From an uncultured Phycisphaerales bacterium (lineage in GTDB: Bacteria; Planctomycetota; Phycisphaerae; Tepidisphaerales; Tepidisphaeraceae): 64,000 nt of DNA. Every line of letters begins with the position of its first letter. Positions within the stretch are counted from its first letter, which is position 1. The position numbers were made by a program, and so were the translations under genes. Of this stretch, positions 25,468 to 36,340 are shown in pieces. The DNA lies in NCBI GenBank assembly GCA_963755915.1, contig CAVWLP010000003.1:1056001-1120000 (forward strand). The letters run 5' to 3'. Below the pieces are notes generated by a model. The model saw only the letters and a list, made by a program, of their open reading frames with translations, was not told where the DNA came from and ran no database searches.

Positions 25468-27035
25468 ATGGCCAATCAACTCAAGATGGCGGAAGTACAA
25501 GCAATTTTGGCACTTGCGCAGCGGCTGGTCCAATCGGAACATCGCCCGCCAACTCGGCGTTCACCGGGAGACCGTTGGACGCCACATCCGGTTGTCGGGC
25601 GGCGATCCTGCGGCGCCCGGATCGGATTCAAAACCGGCCAGCGCCCCATCGGGTCGGTCAGTACGGCATCGCCCTGGCGTGAGGTCATTGTTCAGAAGTT
25701 GGAAGCCGGGCTGACGGCCCAGCGGATTTATCAAGACATCTCCAGCGATCACGGCTATGCCGGCAGCTATTACAGCGTGCGCCGGTTCATCAAGAAGCTC
25801 TCGGCTGCCGCGCCGGCGCCCTTTCGCCGGATGGAATGCGAGCCGGGAGCCGAGGCGCAGGTGGACTTCGGCCGGGGTGCGCCCCTGGTCGGTCCTGACG
25901 GCAAACGCAAAGCAACCTGGGTCTTCCGCATTGTGCTGAGCCACAGCCGCAAGGGGTACGCCGAGGCGGTGGAGCGGCAGACGACCGATGATTTTCTGCG
26001 TTGTCTGGAAAATGCCTTTACGCACTTCGGCGGGATGCCGTCAGCGCTGGTGATCGACAATCTTCGCGCGGCGGTGACGCGGGCGGACTGGTTCGAGGCG
26101 GAGTTGTGTCCCAAGGTCCGGTCGTTCGCCGAACATTATGGAATCGCCATTCTGCCCACCAAGCCGTACACGCCGCGGCACAAGGGGAAGATCGAGCGGG
26201 GCATCGGCTATGTGAAGAGCAATGCTCTCAAAGGCCGGCAATTCGCCTCGCTCTCGGATCAGAACGCGCATCTGCTGACGTGGGAGAAGAGCGTGGCCGA
26301 CACGCGCATCCACGGCACGACGCGGCGGCAGGTGAAGGAAGTCTTCGAGCAGGTAGAGAAGCCGGCACTGTTGGCTCTGCCGCCGGTGCGATTCGATCTT
26401 TTCACCGAGGCGTTGCGCAGTGTTCACCGCGACGGGCACGTGGAGATCAAGGGGGCGTACTATTCGGTCCCGCCGGAGTTTTTGGGCCAGCGGGTCTGGG
26501 CGCGGTGGGACGGCGCACGGTCCGGCTGTTCGATCAGAAGATGCGTGCGATCGCTCTGCACGCGCAGCGTCCGCCGGGCAGGTTCTCGACGCAAGACGCC
26601 CATATCCTGCCGGAGAAGATCAGCGGCATCGAGCGTGGAACGACCTGGCTTCTCCAGCGGATCGAATGCATCGGGCCGCACGCCACGCAGTGGGCGCAGT
26701 CAATGCTTCAGCATCGCGGCATCGAAGGCGTGCGCGTGTTGATGGGGCTGCTGTCGCTGGCCAATCAGCAGCCGCGACCGGCCGTGGAACGAGCCTGCGA
26801 GATTGCTCTGGGGCATGGCGCGTATCACCTGCGCTCCCTGCGGCAGCTCATCGAACACCAAAACGGCGCGCCGGTTCAACAACACTTCGAGTTTGTTCAG
26901 GAACATCCAATCATCCGCGGACTGGCCGATTACGGACAGTTCGTACGCGACGCAATCACCCAAGCGGAGGCTTTGCCTGCCGCACAACCTTTACAGGCCT
27001 GCCCTGAGCAGAGCCGAAGGGAGTCCACCCCATGA
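25468..27035 (+). CDS. istA: IS21 transposase IstA, apparent frameshifts
   Basis: N-terminal HTH (GWSNRNIARQLGVHRETV), PGAEAQVDFG, IDNLRAAV, PRHKGKIERGIGYVK, YSVP. Confidence 0.92.
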
Positions 27036-27922
27036 GACCTTCGTTGATGCAGACGCTCAAGCAACTTCGGCTTTCAGGTCTGGCGAGCAGCCTTGAAGTT
27101 CGCCTGAGCGAGGCGGCCGGCAATCGGCTCGACCACAGTGAGTTTTTGGAACTGATCCTTCAGGATGAACTGAACGTCCGATCCAGCCGGCAGATCGGCC
27201 GGCGCGTCAAGGCGGCGATGTTCCGCGACACCAAAAACCTCGACGAGTTCGACTTCTCCTTCAACACCTCCATCAAACGCAAACAGATTCACGATCTGGC
27301 CGCCGGCCAGTTCATTCGTGACAAACGTGACGTGCTCTTGCTGGGTCCGCCCGGCGTGGGCAAATCGTTTTTGGCCCAGGCCATCGGACACCAGGCGATC
27401 AAGAGCGGCTTGGTGGTCCTGTACCGATCCATCTTCGACCTGGCCCGCGACTTTTTAGGCGACGAGGATCTGGGAGCCCAGGACAAGACGCTGGCCCGGT
27501 ATCTCAAGCCTGATCTGCTTATCATCGACGACATGGGAATGAAGCAGCTTCCGCGGCGCAGCGGCGAATGCCTGCTGGAGATCGTCATGCGCCGGCACGA
27601 GAACCGCTCGACGATGATGACCAGCAACCGTCCACTGGAGGACTGGGCCAAGCTGATCGGCGACGTGCCGGCGGCCACGGCCATTCTGGATCGGTTCCTG
27701 CAGCACGCCACGATCATCAACATCACCGGCAAGAGCTACCGCCTTCGGCATGGGGGCCATTCGACTTCGCTCACGGCAGGCCAATCCGGGACACCGGAAA
27801 AGACAAATCCAAAAGGACGGCGGAGTACCGCCGGCGATGAAGGGTGCTCCCCCCCGGAAGACACCGTGACAGAGCCGCCGTTGTCTTCTGATGTGGGGGT
27901 ATCCGCCGGCCAGACGGCGTGA
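27032..27922 (+). CDS. istB: IS21 AAA+ ATPase IstB
   Basis: GPPGVGKS, LLIIDD, TSNRP, AILDRFL, GKSYRL; ATGA coupling with istA. Confidence 0.95.
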   Translation: MRPSLMQTLKQLRLSGLASSLEVRLSEAAGNRLDHSEFLELILQDELNVRSSRQIGRRVKAAMFRDTKNLDEFDFSFNTSIKRKQIHDLAAGQFIRDKRDVLLLGPPGVGKSFLAQAIGHQAIKSGLVVLYRSIFDLARDFLGDEDLGAQDKTLARYLKPDLLIIDDMGMKQLPRRSGECLLEIVMRRHENRSTMMTSNRPLEDWAKLIGDVPAATAILDRFLQHATIINITGKSYRLRHGGHSTSLTAGQSGTPEKTNPKGRRSTAGDEGCSPPEDTVTEPPLSSDVGVSAGQTA

Positions 27923-28044
27923 ACGGGGACCAATAACTCAAGGAACAGTTGCGTCGGATAGAACGGATGCGGTATAGAATACGTCAGCACATTGGCCGGT
28001 TTTGAAGCGCCCCGCCCTGGCTGGTTTTGGTGCGCCCCGTGACA

Positions 28045-28188
28045 CTTGTGAACTACGGCTCCGGCCCATACACCAACGAGATCGTCCTCAGCGATTTCGA
28101 GGCAGTCCCCGAACCGGCCACCGGCGGATTAGCCGTCATGGCCCTGGCAGGACTGCTCGCCCGCCGCCGACGCGCGATCCCAAAGTGA
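28045..28188 (+). pseudogene. Detached PEP-CTERM C-terminus of the interrupted gene
   Basis: LVNYGSGPYTNEIVLSDFEAVPEPATGGLAVMALAGLLARRRRAIPK*, in frame with ...GSF after removing the IS and one CTTG copy. Confidence 0.9.
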
Positions 28189-28221
28189 TATCATTGATAT
28201 CAACGATATCATTCATATCAC
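28185..28221. repeat. Four tandem 9-bp units around GATATC
   Basis: TGATATCAT TGATATCAA CGATATCAT TCATATCAC. Confidence 0.75.
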
Positions 28222-28304
28222 GAAAACCGGGGTCCTATCTTATCCATTCCCCCCAGCTTGTTATGGAGTGAACCTTTTGTATCGCATGCCCCCGCTCAAA
28301 AACA

Positions 28305-29096
28305 CTACTGATCGCTCGGAGTCGTCGTTGCGTCGCTGTCGGATTGCGGCTTCTGATCCGAATCGTCGAAGATTGTGTTCGTGGCTTCCACCTCAACCCG
28401 GCGGTTCAGCGTCTGGGAATCGATCGTATATTCGCGTTCGGTCAGCGGTTCGAATGTCGAGCATCCCTGGACGCGAATCAGATGGGGATCGACGCCCTTA
28501 CTGACCAGAAAATTCGCGGACGCCTGGGCGCGGCGGAGAGAGAGGTCCATCTTCTGCCCGTCGGTCGCGCCGTCGGGGAGATCGTCGAGGGAGGTGTGGC
28601 CTTTGACCAGGATGATGTTGCGGTGGCCGCGGATCACCTCGGCAAGCTGGGCCAGCTCAAGCTTGGTTTCATCGGAGAGGTCGGCACTGCCTTTGTCGAA
28701 GAGCATTTTGCCGCCCTCGGTGGCGTGATTGGCGGGACGGATGTTGGTGACTTCGGGCTCGGTGCCGACGGCGCCTTTGGGCTCGCTCTCGGCTTTTCCG
28801 CGTTTGCCCTGGCCGGGGGGGTGAATCTTGGAAAGGCCGTTGATGATCATCTGCATGTCGACGGGGTCTCGGCTCTGGGGGTTGGGGACGTAGCCGAACC
28901 CGCCGCGGATGGCGGCGGCGATTTTTACGACGTAGTCGTCGGTTTCGCTGTTCCCTTTTTTGCCGGGCTGGGGCTTGAGGACCCAGAGGATGACGAAGAA
29001 CCCCATCATGAGCATGACGAGGTCGGCGAAGGTGAAGATCCACTCGGGGCATTCTTCGCATTCGGTCTTTTTGCATTTGCAGGCTTTGGCGGCCAT
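28305..29096 (-). CDS. motB: MotB-like stator protein (OmpA-like domain)
   Basis: WIFTFADLVMLMMGFFVILW plug/TM motif, KGHTS, LSLRRA, NRRVEV. Confidence 0.88.
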   Translation of the reverse strand: MAAKACKCKKTECEECPEWIFTFADLVMLMMGFFVILWVLKPQPGKKGNSETDDYVVKIAAAIRGGFGYVPNPQSRDPVDMQMIINGLSKIHPPGQGKRGKAESEPKGAVGTEPEVTNIRPANHATEGGKMLFDKGSADLSDETKLELAQLAEVIRGHRNIILVKGHTSLDDLPDGATDGQKMDLSLRRAQASANFLVSKGVDPHLIRVQGCSTFEPLTEREYTIDSQTLNRRVEVEATNTIFDDSDQKPQSDSDATTTPSDQ

Positions 29097-29120
29097 AGGA
29101 CACGTTTCGGATAATCCATC

Positions 29121-29284
29121 TCACCGCGGAGCACGCGGAGAGCGCAGAGAAATTGAATTTGGTTTTTCTTGCGCTCTTGGCGTCTTGGCGGTTATAAGAT
29201 TTTTAACCGCCAAGACGCCAAGAGTGCCAAGAAATGCAATCAAGATTTTAATACTCTTTCATTCTCTGCGATCTCTGCGGTGAA
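29121..29284. repeat. Nested inverted repeats in the motA-motB spacer
   Basis: Perfect 21-bp IR 29174-29194 / 29204-29224; outer imperfect IR TCACCGCGGAG... / ...CTCTGCGGTGA. Confidence 0.85.
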
Positions 29285-29291
29285 TCATTCA

Positions 29292-30072
29292 TTATGCGGC
29301 CTTGGGGATGGCGGCTTGTTGCTTGCTGCTGAGGAAGCTCATGAGCTGCATTTCGACGACGCGGGGATTGTTGCCGGCCTGGATGCTGAGGACGCCTTGA
29401 AGCATGATTTCCTTGGCGAAGGCTTCTTCGTGCGCTTCGGAAGCCGAGCTTTTCGGCGATGGGGCCGGCGACGAGGTTTTGGAGCATGCAGCCATACAGC
29501 GTGCCGGTGAGGGCGATGGCCAGGGCCTGGCCGATGACGGAGGCGTCGCCCGCGAGGTTACGGAACATGGCGACCTGGGCGATGAGCGTTGCCATCAGTC
29601 CGAAGCCGGGGCCGAATTTGGCCAGGGTTCCGAAGAGGTGTTTGCCGTGCTTGTGGCGTTCGACCATGGATTCGATTTCGATGCGGAGGATTCGCTCGAT
29701 GATTTCGGGGTCGGTGCCGTCGATGGTGAGCTGCAAGTCCGCGGCGGAGAAACGGATCGGGGGCCTCGCGGGCGACCGTTTCCAGGGCAAGCACACCGTC
29801 GCGCCGCGCGGTTTCGGCGTATTGCACCATCTCCTTGATGATGTGCTCGATGTGGGCTTCCTTGTTCATCGCCCATTTTTTGATGTAGGAGACGATGCCG
29901 GTGACCGTATGCAGCGGCATCGAGAGCATGGCCGCGCCGAGAGAACCGCCGAACACCAGGAACATTTCCGGCGGCTTGAGGTAGGCGCCAATGCGCCTTC
30001 GGAAGCATGATACATCGAAAAGAGAACCGCGCCCCAGGCGACAACCAGACCGATGACCGTTGCGAGGTCCAT
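29292..30072 (-). CDS. motA: MotA-like stator protein, frameshifted
   Basis: MDLATVIG, ARRDGVLALE, DGTDPE, PGFGLMATL, ALTGTLYG, GPIAEKL, IQAGNNPR. Confidence 0.88.
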
Positions 30073-30287
30073 AGTCCGTTATTTCGGCATATATCGGGCG
30101 TTGCGATGAATGTTATTGGACTGTGGTAAGCGAGCCGAATGCGGCTCGATGAAAGAAGCGAAACGACTCAGGGGGAATTCGGGTGCTGGTAGTTCGTTCA
30201 GCCAAGTCGCGCAAGTATCTTTTGCTCGGCATCTTACAATTTCTCCTCCTTGAAGCTTTCCAGCGATTGCAAGAGGAGGCGCAAGGG

Positions 30288-31403
30288 TCAGGCTTGACTC
30301 ACTTGGCCAAACCCCGACTTGCGCTCGAATGGTTTCTGCCGCTGAAATGCGTGCATGACCAATGCCGTCAATTTCTGTAGAACTACCGCTCCCGTCAGAG
30401 TAATCGTCCAGAAGGCAAGCAGGCGAACAGGCCACGGCCAAGTGACGGTTCCAAGGCGCGGCCAGATAAACCCCTGAACGACATAAATTTCGAGTGTCAA
30501 TCCAGCCAGCACTGCGACGGCGGCGCCAACATATTTGAGGCGGCTAAAGAGGGCGTGAAGTTCGTCGGATGCGGAAATTCGGAGGATGAACAGGGAAAGA
30601 ATTACGGCAAAAACGTGGAGGAGGAAGAAGTAACGGGCTCCATGCCCATGGTCCATTTCGAACTTCACCGCAAAATAAACGACAAAGATTGCAAAAAAAG
30701 CGGCAATGTCCCGCGGCAGGGCATTCAAGGGTCGGCCAGTGATTGGCGCCAAGACGGTTCCGAGGAGCGCGACGAAAGAAAAATACGCAATATGCACCCA
30801 GCCCAGTTCGCCAAGAACCAGGGGCTGCCGCGGCGCCAACTGGCCGGCGGAGTTTACAGTGGCCACCACATACCCGACGAGCAGCGCCCCCAGAACCAGC
30901 AGATTCAGGGTGGCCGATCGGATTCGACCTACCAAATAAATCGGCATGTAAATGATCATGATGATCGTGACATAGAAATACGGCGTGGGCCAGACGAAGG
31001 TGGACAAATAGTCAAGCGGGTGGGCATAGCGCCACTGGCCGCCGAAAATAAACACAAAAAAAATGGTGCAGAGAGTGCAGGCGGGATAGATACGGTTGAC
31101 GCGTCGCAGATACCATTTGAAGAATCCGAGGCGCAGCGATTTGCCCGAGAGCGCGATGCCAAATCCCGAAAGAAAAAAGAAGAGGGAATTGCCGATAAGC
31201 CCGTCGCCGGCAAGCCAGGTGTGGGGATAGATCTGCTTAAGATGGGAATTGCAGATCAGCAGAGCGGCGGCAGCGCGCATGAAGTCCGTATCGTGGGGCC
31301 GCCAATTTCCGGCGGTCATGGGAGGCAGGGAAGCGATCTGTTCGAGATTTGGCGGCGGGGATTGCCGGCCAACGGTTGGCGTATCAAACCCAGGTTGCAC
31401 CAT
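30288..31403 (-). CDS. Acyltransferase-3 family membrane protein
   Basis: DFMRAAAALLICNSH, GNSLFFFLSGFG, RRVNRIYP, about 10 TM segments. Confidence 0.8.
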   Translation of the reverse strand: MVQPGFDTPTVGRQSPPPNLEQIASLPPMTAGNWRPHDTDFMRAAAALLICNSHLKQIYPHTWLAGDGLIGNSLFFFLSGFGIALSGKSLRLGFFKWYLRRVNRIYPACTLCTIFFVFIFGGQWRYAHPLDYLSTFVWPTPYFYVTIIMIIYMPIYLVGRIRSATLNLLVLGALLVGYVVATVNSAGQLAPRQPLVLGELGWVHIAYFSFVALLGTVLAPITGRPLNALPRDIAAFFAIFVVYFAVKFEMDHGHGARYFFLLHVFAVILSLFILRISASDELHALFSRLKYVGAAVAVLAGLTLEIYVVQGFIWPRLGTVTWPWPVRLLAFWTITLTGAVVLQKLTALVMHAFQRQKPFERKSGFGQVSQA

Positions 31404-31496
31404 CGTTCTCTCCCCAAAAGGCAATTGGGCGCTCCAAATGATAACGGAATTGCTCGGAATTGCATCAAAATCTTTATTAGTGCTGGTGCATCGCCG

Positions 31497-32240
31497 TCAG
31501 AAGCGACGGGGGCGCAGTGCGCGGATCATTTTGTTGACCCGGGCCTTGGCGGTGTCGTCATCGGCGGATGCGAGGGCATCGCGAAGGGTGGGAATGGCCT
31601 TGGGGCCCATGTCTTGAATGGCCTGCTCGGCCTGGGATTCTTCGGTGTCGTCGGCGGCGTTGATCATGGTCTGGACCTGGAGCTTGGCGTCGTCGGGCTT
31701 GAACTGGGCCTCGGCGGCGCGGACGTTGGAAATCTCATACTTGGCGTCGTCGAGGCCTTCGCTGCCGAGGTCGTAGGCGAGGTCAAGATGGACGACCACA
31801 AATGCTTTCAGATCGTGGAGTTGCGGCGTTCTGGGGTCGGAGTTGGAGTCGCTTTCGCTCCAGCGGAGATCGGCCTCGGGACGAAGCAGGAGGAGGAACT
31901 CTTTTCCGACCTGCTTGTCTGTGAACGCCTGGCCACAGATTGAGCTTTTTTGCGAATTGGGGCCGGAGATGAAGCGGACAACGGAGACGGCGTCGCCGGC
32001 CTTGGCTGAGCCGTCGAGGGTGGAGGTGATCTGGAAGTCGTAAAGCTGGTACTGGAAGGGGCCGGTGAGGGCCTGCGGGTCGTGAATTGCGGAGAGTTTG
32101 GCCATTGCGATGAGGCTGGACCACTGGACGGCGCGGTCGTCAAGGGAGTCCCGCAAACATCCGAAAGCTGGGAGGGGAGCGATTGCGAGCAGCAGCGCAA
32201 CCAAATTGGTGACAACCGTTAAGGAAGGATTCATTCGCAT
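31497..32240 (-). CDS. Hypothetical exported protein
   Basis: Signal-like N-terminus, C-ending codon bias, helical C-terminus MGPKAIPTLRDAL. Confidence 0.65.
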   Translation of the reverse strand: MRMNPSLTVVTNLVALLLAIAPLPAFGCLRDSLDDRAVQWSSLIAMAKLSAIHDPQALTGPFQYQLYDFQITSTLDGSAKAGDAVSVVRFISGPNSQKSSICGQAFTDKQVGKEFLLLLRPEADLRWSESDSNSDPRTPQLHDLKAFVVVHLDLAYDLGSEGLDDAKYEISNVRAAEAQFKPDDAKLQVQTMINAADDTEESQAEQAIQDMGPKAIPTLRDALASADDDTAKARVNKMIRALRPRRF

Positions 32241-32362
32241 GTTAAGCTCCGATGGCACATGGACTAATGTACATTGACTCAAACGCTCGAAACAGAAATT
32301 TATTGATTTTGATCGATCATATTCGGTAACCTAGCTGCGACCTGTCTTGCACGGATTCGTTC

Positions 32363-32722
32363 ATGGAAAATGATAACAAGTCAGAACCCGGTGGGTCGGT
32401 TGTCGCCCCAGAGAAGAAGGTGTCGCCGTCAAAAAAGGGGAAACCGGCCCAATTGCCTCCGTACAACGTGATTTTGCTGAATGATGACGATCATACCTAT
32501 GAGTATGTGATCGAGATGCTGAAGGCGATTTTCGCCTATCCTGACGAGAAGGGGTTTGAGCTGGCGAAGGAAGTGGATAAGTCCGGGCGGGTGATTCTGA
32601 TGACGACGCACCGTGAGCGTGCGGAGCTGAAGCGGGATCAAATTCATGCGTATGGGGCGGATCATCGGGTGGCCACGTGCCAGGGGTCGATGTCGGCGAC
32701 GATTGAGCCGGCTGAGGGGTAA
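32363..32722 (+). CDS. clpS: Clp protease adaptor ClpS
   Basis: YNVILLNDDDHTYEYV, EVDKSGR. Confidence 0.93.
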   Translation: MENDNKSEPGGSVVAPEKKVSPSKKGKPAQLPPYNVILLNDDDHTYEYVIEMLKAIFAYPDEKGFELAKEVDKSGRVILMTTHRERAELKRDQIHAYGADHRVATCQGSMSATIEPAEG

Positions 32723-32733
32723 TCGAAAAGTTG

Positions 32734-33651
32734 TCAGGGCAAGGCAAGATACGCTCGCAAAGCGGCGGAGAGGGCCTGTGCGCCGGCGGTTTTTACGGCG
32801 GCGGGGTCGAGCTGTACCGGCGGGGTTTCGGCGGCGTCCATTGGGGCGGCGAATTGCGGGGTTGCCCCCCCTGCCGTTGGCTTGTGGTTGGTCATCAGAA
32901 GCGCGAGAAAACCAACCCAGACCATGCTGACCATCAGGTGCAGGGGCGGCATCGGGCGGGGCTTCTTTGCGGGCTTGGGGGGCGGCGTTGTCGCGACCGG
33001 GACGGGCTCTACCTGGAGGGAAAAGTCGGTGGGGCTTGAGGGGCGGACGCGTCGGCGGGGCTGGGAATCTTCTTCGGCAAATTGCGAATCGCCGACGAGT
33101 TCGGCTGAGCGGAGGGGCTGCCTGGCCTCGGCATAAACCGAATCCCAACTGCTGGAGGCGATGGCGGTGAGGAGGGTTTGGAGTTCTTCATGATCGTAAG
33201 CGGGCGGATCTTTGGGGCGAGGGCGCGGGCAGGGCATGTCGCCGGGGGCTTCGGTTTCGCCGGGGAGAAGAAGGGAGAATCCGGAGAGAGTTCCGGCGAG
33301 GGAATCGCCGGGATCGGCCGGGCGGGCGGGGGACATCAGCTCCTGGGCAAAGTCGTCGTCGAGGAGGCCGGCGTGGAAGATGATCTTGGATCGGCCGAGG
33401 CGGATGACGTCGTTGTCGTTGAGGAGGCGCGGGACGCGGAGGCGTTCGCCGTTGATGAAGGTGCCGTTTTTGCTTTGGAGGTCCTGGATTTTCCAGCCGT
33501 CGTCGGAGGGAACGAATCGGCAATGGCGACGGGAAAGAAGGATGTCGCGGATGACGATGTCGGAATCGGGGGCGCGGCCGACGACGACGCCGATTTCGAG
33601 CTCGCGGCGGGCGAGGTCCTGGTCGTTGGATTTCACGACGATGAAAGGCAC
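32734..33651 (-). CDS. FHA-domain membrane protein
   Basis: VGR, LSRRHC, DLQSKNGTFING; TM segment near C-terminus. Confidence 0.85.
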   Translation of the reverse strand: MPFIVVKSNDQDLARRELEIGVVVGRAPDSDIVIRDILLSRRHCRFVPSDDGWKIQDLQSKNGTFINGERLRVPRLLNDNDVIRLGRSKIIFHAGLLDDDFAQELMSPARPADPGDSLAGTLSGFSLLLPGETEAPGDMPCPRPRPKDPPAYDHEELQTLLTAIASSSWDSVYAEARQPLRSAELVGDSQFAEEDSQPRRRVRPSSPTDFSLQVEPVPVATTPPPKPAKKPRPMPPLHLMVSMVWVGFLALLMTNHKPTAGGATPQFAAPMDAAETPPVQLDPAAVKTAGAQALSAALRAYLALP

Positions 33652-33771
33652 TTCAATGTTATCGAACCTTCGGGGGGATAAGCCGCAATTTTCGCGGGTG
33701 GGCGGTTTTGGTATCATTGCTTGGTGGCAAGGGTTAGCGGGATTGGGGGTTTTCAAGAGGGTTCCAGCGTC

Positions 33772-36325
33772 ATGAAAGGAGGTTTGCGGGCGATGGGATT
33801 TCGTATTGGGATTGTTTGTGCGCTCGTGATGGGGCTTGGATCCGGGGCATTGGCGGATAGCGTGGTTTTCACGGCGCCAAGCTCGCCGCGGCAACGATAT
33901 GGCTTTGACGATGACTGGAAATTTGTCCGGAAGGATGTGCCGGGGGCGGATGCGGCGCAGTTTGATGATTCGAGCTGGGGGGATGTCAGTACGCCTCATA
34001 CCTATAACGATGTGGATACGTTCAATAAGATCATCTCGCATGCGCAGGGGCAGCGCGGGGCGTATATGGGGGTGGCTTGGTATCGGAAGCATTTTTCGCT
34101 GCCTGCGAGCGCGCGGGGGAATCGGGTGATCTTGGAATTCGAGGGGATGCGACAGGCGGGGCAGTTTTATCTGAATGGGAAATCTGTGGGGTTGTATGAA
34201 AACGGAGTCACAGCTTATGGGATCGATATCACCGACAGCGTGAATTTCACGGGCGAGAACGTGCTGGCGGTGCGGATCGACAATAGCGCGAATTATGCGG
34301 AGAAATCGAGCGGGACGGTTTTTGAGTGGGAATCGAAGGATTTCAACCCGAACTACGGCGGAATCAATCGGCATGTGTGGCTCGATATCCTGGGGCCGAT
34401 TCATCAGACGCTGCCGATTTATGATGGGCTGGGGACGACGGGGATTTATGTTTATCCGTCCAACATCTCTTTAGGCGACGAATCTCTGGATGTGAACGTT
34501 CAATCGCAGGTGGCGAATCAATCGGGCGATCAGGCTTCGGTGAGTTTGTCGGCGATGGTGGTGGATGCGGATGGGCATGTGCAGGGGAAGTTTGACGGGG
34601 ATACGGTGGACCTGGTCGCGGAGGAGAAGACGGACATGCAGGCGAGCGGGCATTTGAATCGGGCTCGCCTGTGGAGTCCGGATGATCCATATCTTTACAG
34701 CGTTTATACGGTGCTGACCGTGGACAACCAGGTGGTTGACGTGGCGAAGACGACGACGGGTTTTCGGCTGGCGGAGTTTAAGGGGGGGGCGGGGACGGGG
34801 GGCGTTTATGTGAATGGGAAGTTTGTTTATCTGCGCGGGTATTCGCAGCGATCGACCAATGAATGGGCGGGGCTGGGGCAGGCTTATCCGGATTGGATGC
34901 ACGACATCACGGCGAGATTGATCCGGGACAGCCATGCGAATTATGTGCGATGGATGCATATTTCGCCGCAGCGGGTGGATGTGGATGCGTTCGACCGGTT
35001 CGGCATCATCGAGGTTTGTCCGGCGGGGGATAAAGAGAAAGACGCGACCGGGCGGCAGTGGGAGCAGCGAAAGGAAGTGATGCGGGACTCGATGATTTAC
35101 TATCGCAACAGCCCGAGCATTTTTTTCTGGGAGGCGGGGAATAATGGGATCACGGCGGACCATATGAAGGAGATGGTCGATCTGAAATCGCAGTGGGACC
35201 CTTCGGGCGGGCGGGTGATTGGATGCAGGACGCTGGACGATCCGAAGGCGACGCCGGTCGCAGAATATTTTGGGGTGATGATCGGGCAGGATGCGCGGAC
35301 GGATGCGCTGAAGTCCCCTACCGCGATGTTCCGGGCGTACAGCGCGGAGCGGCGGGACCGGGCGCCGATCATTGAAACGGAGGATTTTCGGGATGAGGCG
35401 GCGCGGCGGTTCTGGGATGATTATTCGCCGCCGGCTTTTGGGTTTAAGCCGGGGCCGAACGACGTTTATCACTGGAACAGTGAGACGTTCTGCCTGGCGG
35501 CCGCGGGGCGATATTGGGCTTATTGGAACAATCGGATTTCGAATACCGATCCGGCGCATTCGAAGTGGTCGGGGTATGCGTCGATTTATTTTTCGGATTC
35601 CAACGCCGATGGACGGCAGGATTCGAGCGAGGTCTGCCGGGTGAGCGGGAAGGTGGACGCGGTGCGGCTGGAGAAAGAGGCGTATTTTACATATCGCGTG
35701 ATGCAGAATGAAAAGCCGGATATTCATATCATCGGGCATTGGACTTATCCGGCGGGGACGAAGAAATCCGTCTATGTTGTGTCCAATTGTCAGGCGGTGG
35801 AGCTGAGCATCAATGGAAAGACAATCGGGCGCGTGGATCATCCAAGCAACGGCTTTATCTTCGCGTTTCCCGATGTGGCGTGGACCGCGGGGACAATCAA
35901 GGCAATGGGGTATAACGAGGGTAGGGCTGTTTGCGATCACGAGCTGACCACCGCGGGGCCGGCGGTGGCGATCAAGCTTACGCCGATCGTGGGGCCGGAT
36001 GGGTTGCGCGGATGGGGAGGAGGTGGCGCTTTTCGATGTTGAGGTGGTCGATGCGCAGGGGAGAAGGTGCCCTACCGATGAGGGTCGCGTCGACTTCGCG
36101 GTTTCGGGCCCAGGCGTATGGCGCGGGGGGTATAACAGCGGGATTGTGGACTCGACGAATAACCTTTATCTGAACACTGAGTGCGGGATCAATCGCGTGG
36201 CGATCCGCTCGACGCGGACGGCAGGAGCGATCACGCTCATCGCGACGCGCCAGGGGCTGGCGATGGGGAAGGCGACGGTGAATTCCGCGGCGGTGAAAGT
36301 GGTGGGTGGGGTTGGCGATGGATGA
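33772..36325 (+). CDS. Exported glycoside hydrolase family 2, frameshift near 36015, end approximate
   Basis: WYRKHF, LEFEGM, NVLAVRIDN, YGGINR, LWSPDDPYLY, RNSPSIFFWEAGN, HIIGHW. Confidence 0.88.
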
Positions 36326-36340
36326 TGGTGGGCGGTGGTA

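Larger units (their letters stand above)
25352..28044 (+). mobile_element. IS21-family insertion sequence, 2693 bp
   Basis: TGTCA...TGACA ends, subterminal GGGCGC..AAAACCGGCCA repeats at both ends, CTTG target duplication (25348-25351 and 28045-28048), istA-istB pair. Confidence 0.95.

Noticed and set aside
28305-30072. Zorya ZorAB anti-phage system
   Set aside because: MotA is normal length without the long ZorA tail and no zorC/D/E genes are adjacent
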